DNA from: Calditrichaceae bacterium
GTDB taxonomy: Bacteria; Calditrichota; Calditrichia; Calditrichales; JBFXGD01
Assembly (NCBI GenBank): GCA_050178385.1
Contig: JBFXGD010000105.1
Location: 1-12,145 of the forward strand
Reading direction: 5' to 3'
Length of the DNA: 12,145 bases
Shown here: positions 8,310-12,145 of the stretch, in pieces
Position numbering within the stretch: the first letter of the stretch is position 1
How the letters are laid out: every line of letters begins with the position of its first letter
Position numbers and translations under genes: made by a program
Notes under the pieces: generated by a model
What the model was told of the DNA's origin: nothing
What the model saw: only the letters and a program-made list of their open reading frames with translations
Databases searched by the model: none

Positions 8310-9320
8310 TTAAATTTCCTTTATTTTAATTCTGTGACTCTCTATTTTTTGAAGTACCTGATTAGCAAGACGCAAAGCTTCAAGACCGTCTTCCGCCGAA
8401 ACCGGAACCGGAATATCGTTTCGAATCGCGTCTACAAAATGACTCAATTCCGACTTTAACGGATTGGTGTTTGACCGCTGCAGCCGGTTATACTTAATTT
8501 CACGCTTATTCTCGCCTTCATCTATCTGTCCGAGAGAAAAGGCCAGAGTACCGTCATGAAACGGCATCTGATTTTCAGACGGTATAAAGAAGATTTCAGA
8601 AAAACCATCAGCAAAATCCAGTGATATATACGCATTCTTCTGGAATATTCGCATCTTGCGCATTTTTTTTGCCGAGATCCGGCTTGCGGTTACATTTGCG
8701 ACACACCCGTTCTCAAATTCAATCCGCGCATTGGCAATATCAATGGTCGATGAAATAACACCGACACCGCTGGCATCGATATGTACCGGCTTACTCTTTA
8801 CCAGATGCAGAATCAGATCTAAATCATGGATCATCAGATCAAGAATCACCGCCACATCAGTGCCTCTCGGATTAAAGGAAGCCAGACGATGCGCTTCAAT
8901 AAACAAAGGATCCAGCGCCACATCTTCGAGCGCGAGCAATGCGGAATTGAATCGCTCAATATGCCCAACCTGAATCTTACAATTGTTTTTTGCCGCGGCT
9001 TCTATCAACATCCGGGCTTCATCTTCCTTATAAGTAATCGGCTTTTCCAAAAAAACATGTTTGCCCTGCTCCAACGCTTTTAACGCGATTTCAAAGTGCG
9101 TGATTGTCGGAGTAACAATATTTATCGCGTCAACCTGTTTTATCAGACTGTCCATGTTTTCAAACACGCTTACCTGTAATTCTTCCGCGACTTTTTTTAA
9201 TTTTTCTGTATCAACATCATATATACCAACCAGGTATGCATCATCAACCTCCCTGTACAGAGAGGCGTGTAATCTACCAAGGTGCCCCACACCGATTACT
9301 CCGACTCTGGTTTTATCCAT
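8310..9320 (-). CDS. Gfo/Idh/MocA-family NAD-dependent oxidoreductase, GnnA-like (putative UDP-GlcNAc 3-dehydrogenase)
   Basis: Rossmann motif VGVIGVGHLG, FLEKPI, QVGHIERFN, RGTDVAVILDLMIHDLD and DIANARIEFENGCVANVTASRIS. The family is well supported. The GnnA substrate assignment is inferred from subfamily resemblance. Confidence 0.9.
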   Translation of the reverse strand: MDKTRVGVIGVGHLGRLHASLYREVDDAYLVGIYDVDTEKLKKVAEELQVSVFENMDSLIKQVDAINIVTPTITHFEIALKALEQGKHVFLEKPITYKEDEARMLIEAAAKNNCKIQVGHIERFNSALLALEDVALDPLFIEAHRLASFNPRGTDVAVILDLMIHDLDLILHLVKSKPVHIDASGVGVISSTIDIANARIEFENGCVANVTASRISAKKMRKMRIFQKNAYISLDFADGFSEIFFIPSENQMPFHDGTLAFSLGQIDEGENKREIKYNRLQRSNTNPLKSELSHFVDAIRNDIPVPVSAEDGLEALRLANQVLQKIESHRIKIKEI

Positions 9321-9326
9321 AATTAA

Positions 9327-10640
9327 TTATTCCTTTCCATTCACATTTTTCAACAAACGGAACTCTCCGTTTTTATCCTGATCAACAAAAATAAACGATA
9401 CCATTCCTTCCTCATAAAGCCATACGATATAAGGAACTGTTGTGGTCGCGTACCGACGGTTTTCAATTTTTTGTGGCTCTCCATACAGAAGAAAAATCTG
9501 TCCTCTGTCCGTTTCCCACCCTTCCTTAAACCGGGACGGAAATTTTCTGTTTGCCTCACCTACACGCTGATAAAATTCGTCCTGAAGTTCATTATAGACC
9601 GTTTCCGGAGTGGGATCTTTTTCTTTCCAGTAATTCATAAACCAAGCTGACATCTTATCCGCACTCATCTTTTTTACTATTTTCAACTCATCTTCTTTGA
9701 GAAGATATTTCATTGGCCGCAGTGCCAGGTCCGTCCTATATAAATATACCGGTTTTGTAAACCATACCACCGAGAATTCTTTTATCTGGTTGACAGGACG
9801 TTCCTTCCCGTCTGTACTAAACCGGATTTTATATTCCCCTTCATCCAGTAGATTTGACGGCATCTTGTAAATGATGTCAGCAATTTCTGCTTTCGGAATC
9901 ATACTGATAAATTCCTGATGAATAAGTTTATCTTCCAGCTTCCCCTTGCGGTACAATCTGACATTTACCACAAGACTGTCATCCGGGACCGACATTAATC
10001 TGAGATAAGCATAATTTTCCCCGGCAAAGTCGATAGCGGAAAAACTCGGGAGAAGCGGAATATCATCCATATTTATCGGATTTTTTATTAAAAACGTTAC
10101 TTCAGAGCTTTGATATTTTTCTTCGGCGGATTGTTTTTTGATAGAAAACGGCCGTTTACCATTATATGTTTTTTTACTTATCAAATCTCTAATTTCGAGA
10201 AGACATTCATATTCGCCGGGGACTAGCTTTATATTTTCCGCAGAATTGAGATCAGGCAATTTGTAGACCTTATACTGGTATTGGTACCTGGAATTTGTCT
10301 CTTCAAAATTTTCTATGACCACATCTTCTGAAAATGTATCGGTGAGAATTGTCTGTCCGCCTTCTTTGCTTCTGACAGCTACCGTGATCTGATAAGCCGC
10401 CTGAAATACGGATTCCTTTCTCTCAAACTGAATGACGTCATTTTGAATCTCTGTGGCGAAGAAGACTTTTGGATTATTCTTAATATTATCATAATTCACA
10501 AAAATATTGAAATTAATAGCAGGCCTTCTGTCAATTTCGTATCCGTACCGGGTCTTAACTTTCAGCACATCCTGCTGTTCCTGCGCTATCAATGAAGAAA
10601 TCAATACAAAAATGATCACTAAAGCCGGAAAAATTCTCAT
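9327..10640 (-). CDS. GWxTD domain-containing exported protein
   Basis: Signal peptide MRIFPALVIIFVLISSLIA/QEQ. The C-terminal domain has YWKEKDPTPET, NELQDEFYQRV, GWETDRGQIFLLYGEP and IVWLY. Confidence 0.9.
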   Translation of the reverse strand: MRIFPALVIIFVLISSLIAQEQQDVLKVKTRYGYEIDRRPAINFNIFVNYDNIKNNPKVFFATEIQNDVIQFERKESVFQAAYQITVAVRSKEGGQTILTDTFSEDVVIENFEETNSRYQYQYKVYKLPDLNSAENIKLVPGEYECLLEIRDLISKKTYNGKRPFSIKKQSAEEKYQSSEVTFLIKNPINMDDIPLLPSFSAIDFAGENYAYLRLMSVPDDSLVVNVRLYRKGKLEDKLIHQEFISMIPKAEIADIIYKMPSNLLDEGEYKIRFSTDGKERPVNQIKEFSVVWFTKPVYLYRTDLALRPMKYLLKEDELKIVKKMSADKMSAWFMNYWKEKDPTPETVYNELQDEFYQRVGEANRKFPSRFKEGWETDRGQIFLLYGEPQKIENRRYATTTVPYIVWLYEEGMVSFIFVDQDKNGEFRLLKNVNGKE

Positions 10641-10648
10641 AATACCAC

Positions 10649-10683
10649 CCTGATTAAAACGTATAATTTAACCTGATTAAAAC
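10649..10683. repeat. Perfect 12-bp direct repeat CCTGATTAAAAC x2 (10649-10660 and 10672-10683)
   Basis: Read directly from the sequence. Start-to-start period is 23 bp, immediately upstream of the GWxTD start codon. Confidence 0.8.
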
Positions 10684-10687
10684 ATCA

Positions 10688-10709
10688 AATCAAGTCATAT
10701 AACTTGATT
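10688..10709. promoter_or_regulatory. Perfect inverted repeat AATCAAGT-N6-ACTTGATT, candidate operator for a dimeric DNA-binding protein
   Basis: 8-bp arms at 10688-10695 and 10702-10709 with spacer CATATA, in the AT-rich divergent intergenic region. The repeat is read directly from the sequence. Its function is inferred. Confidence 0.5.
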
Positions 10710-10843
10710 ATTTTTATAGATTGCCTTATATCCGGTGTCTTACCCTGTAAATTTTGCTTTACTTTAAATGATTGAATTTTTATTTTTAAACTGCCGGTAA
10801 ATAATATCTTACAATTATCAGCTAATTAATTTCCGGAGAAAAG

Positions 10844-12145
10844 ATGCCCTTAGCCAGATCTGTTTTCATATTCCTACTTCTGCTCGTTCATTATTCTCTA
10901 TCCGGAGAATCCGGATCAGGTCGTTTAATTGATAAAAAAGCGGTTTATATATCAGATGTAAATTATCAGTTGTCCTTTCGGGCAGATTCAGGAGCTGTTT
11001 CTTCTTCCGTTATTTTTATTGAGAGAGAAGGTACAATACTATTTAAACACGAAGTACCTGTTTTGGCCGGGCAAATGAAGTTACCGGATGTCAAATTCCC
11101 GGAATCCGGCACATACAGGCTCTTTGATGAACACCATTATATTGATCAGGAGATGGTTGTCATCCCCGGCTGGCTGAGTCTTTTGCCTCCGATTATAGCG
11201 ATTATTCTGGCTCTCGTGACCCGGCAGGTACTGATCGCTTTATTCGCCGGGGTATGGATTGGAGCGGTTTTCATTTACGATTATAATCTTTTTACAGGTT
11301 TTTTATACAGTCTGACGGAGTATATCGCAAAGGCTCCGGCGGATCCCGAACGAACTTCAATTCTGATATTCAGCCTGACCCTTGGAGGCATGGTTGGAGT
11401 AATTAGTAAATCTGGTGGCACCCAGGGCATTGTCGAAAAGTTATCCCGTTACGCATCCACCGCCCGACGGGGTCAAATCGCCACATGGCTGATGGGTGTT
11501 CTGATATTTTTTGATGATTATGCCAACACCCTTATTGTAGGCAACACAATGCGCCCGCTAACTGATCGGCTTAAAATCAGCCGTGAAAAACTGGCCTACC
11601 TTGTCGACTCCACCGCGGCGCCGGTGGCAAATATTGCTATCATTTCAACCTGGATCGGTTACGAATTAAGTCTCATAAGCAGCGCTTTCCAGACAATCGG
11701 TTTGAAGGAAAACGCCTATATCGTTTTTTTTAAAACAATCCCATTTAATTATTATCCCCTGTTCGGATTGCTTTTCGGTTTTGCCATCGCCTTTTTCGGG
11801 CGTGATTTTTTTTCAATGTATCAGGCGGAGAAACGCGCCGCAAATTCTGAAGGTCTGTTACGTGACGGCGCTGTCCCGCTTGCCGATATCAATAATTCAG
11901 AATTATCGGTCAGAGAAGGCGCGCCGTTGCGCTGGTACAATGCTTTTATACCAATTGCGGTGGTCACTCTGTCGACTTTACTGGGTCTTTGGTTTACCGG
12001 ACTCAACAATACGGATCTTTCCCAACAGCAGATTGATTCGTTGGGTTTTATCCGCTTTACAAGCACAATAATAGGAAATGCCGACTCATTCGCTGTTCTT
12101 ATGTGGGCCGCGTTTTTCGGAAGCATCTCGGCTATTATTCTTGCG
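10844..12145 (+). CDS. Na+/H+ antiporter NhaC-family protein (3'-truncated; absent from the supplied ORF track)
   Basis: Manual translation from ATG 10844: MPLARSVFIFLLLVHYSLS...IPGWLSLLPPIIAIILALVTRQVLIALFAGVWIG...LIFFDDYANTLIVGNTMRPLTDRLKISREKLAYLVDSTAAPVA...ISTWIGYE...LMWAAFFGSISAIILA, still in frame at the window end (434 codons). FFDDYAN and SREKLAYxxDSTAAP are hallmarks of this NhaC subfamily. Confidence 0.93.
   Translation, partial: MPLARSVFIFLLLLVHYSLSGESGSGRLIDKKAVYISDVNYQLSFRADSGAVSSSVIFIEREGTILFKHEVPVLAGQMKLPDVKFPESGTYRLFDEHHYIDQEMVVIPGWLSLLPPIIAIILALVTRQVLIALFAGVWIGAVFIYDYNLFTGFLYSLTEYIAKAPADPERTSILIFSLTLGGMVGVISKSGGTQGIVEKLSRYASTARRGQIATWLMGVLIFFDDYANTLIVGNTMRPLTDRLKISREKLAYLVDSTAAPVANIAIISTWIGYELSLISSAFQTIGLKENAYIVFFKTIPFNYYPLFGLLFGFAIAFFGRDFFSMYQAEKRAANSEGLLRDGAVPLADINNSELSVREGAPLRWYNAFIPIAVVTLSTLLGLWFTGLNNTDLSQQQIDSLGFIRFTSTIIGNADSFAVLMWAAFFGSISAIILA

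Larger units (their letters stand above)
10641..10843. promoter_or_regulatory. Divergent promoter region between the GWxTD operon and the NhaC gene
   Basis: 203-bp AT-rich non-coding gap between divergent start codons. Possible + strand promoter TTTACT (10758-10763)-N17-TATTTT (10781-10786). GGAGA SD-like element before ATG 10844. Confidence 0.6.

Noticed and set aside
6691..9559. Short ORFs inside the desulfurase, Gfo/Idh/MocA and GWxTD genes
   Set aside because: Alternative-frame or antisense ORFs within conserved genes, with no independent evidence.
10649..10683. The direct repeat read as a CRISPR remnant or target-site duplication
   Set aside because: Only two 12-bp copies 11 bp apart, with no cas genes and no intervening element.
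10685..10712. The palindrome with a 6-bp spacer read as a dif/Xer recombination site
   Set aside because: The geometry fits, but the arms do not match the XerD consensus TTATGTTAAAT or the XerC arm, and no recombinase or mobile element is nearby.
11781..12126. ORF-track calls 11781-12071 (+) and 11821-12126 (-)
   Set aside because: Both lie within the real NhaC CDS, which is in a different frame.

Overview
Gene-dense bacterial chromosomal window with 12 protein-coding genes in three blocks. I found no RNA genes, CRISPR arrays or mobile elements. Block 1 (+ strand, <3-3830): 5'-truncated CLC chloride channel/antiporter with CBS domains, TrmH/SpoU RNA methyltransferase, type I-beta DAHP synthase, and CPBP (Abi/CAAX) intramembrane protease. 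Block 2 (- strand, 10640 to 3787, seven tightly packed genes): secreted GWxTD protein, GnnA-like Gfo/Idh/MocA dehydrogenase, ICMT/Ste14-family membrane methyltransferase, class V PLP cysteine-desulfurase-like enzyme, AlaX-L tRNA editing protein, H-NOX/V4R-like (DUF2378-like) protein, and SatD-family nucleotide-cyclase-fold/HTH protein. Block 3 (+ strand, 10844 to >12145): an NhaC-family Na+/H+ antiporter missing from the ORF track, with an unusual exported N-terminal domain. Best candidates for something new: (a) the translationally coupled H-NOX/V4R-like sensor plus SatD (GDEFQ cyclase-fold plus HTH) pair, a possible signalling module; (b) the GWxTD / gnnA-like / lmtA-like trio, a possible lipid A or outer-membrane module; (c) direct and inverted repeats in the divergent promoter at 10641-10843. 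Gene content suggests a diderm FCB-like bacterium, which is inference only. All family assignments come from motif recognition by eye, not database searches.
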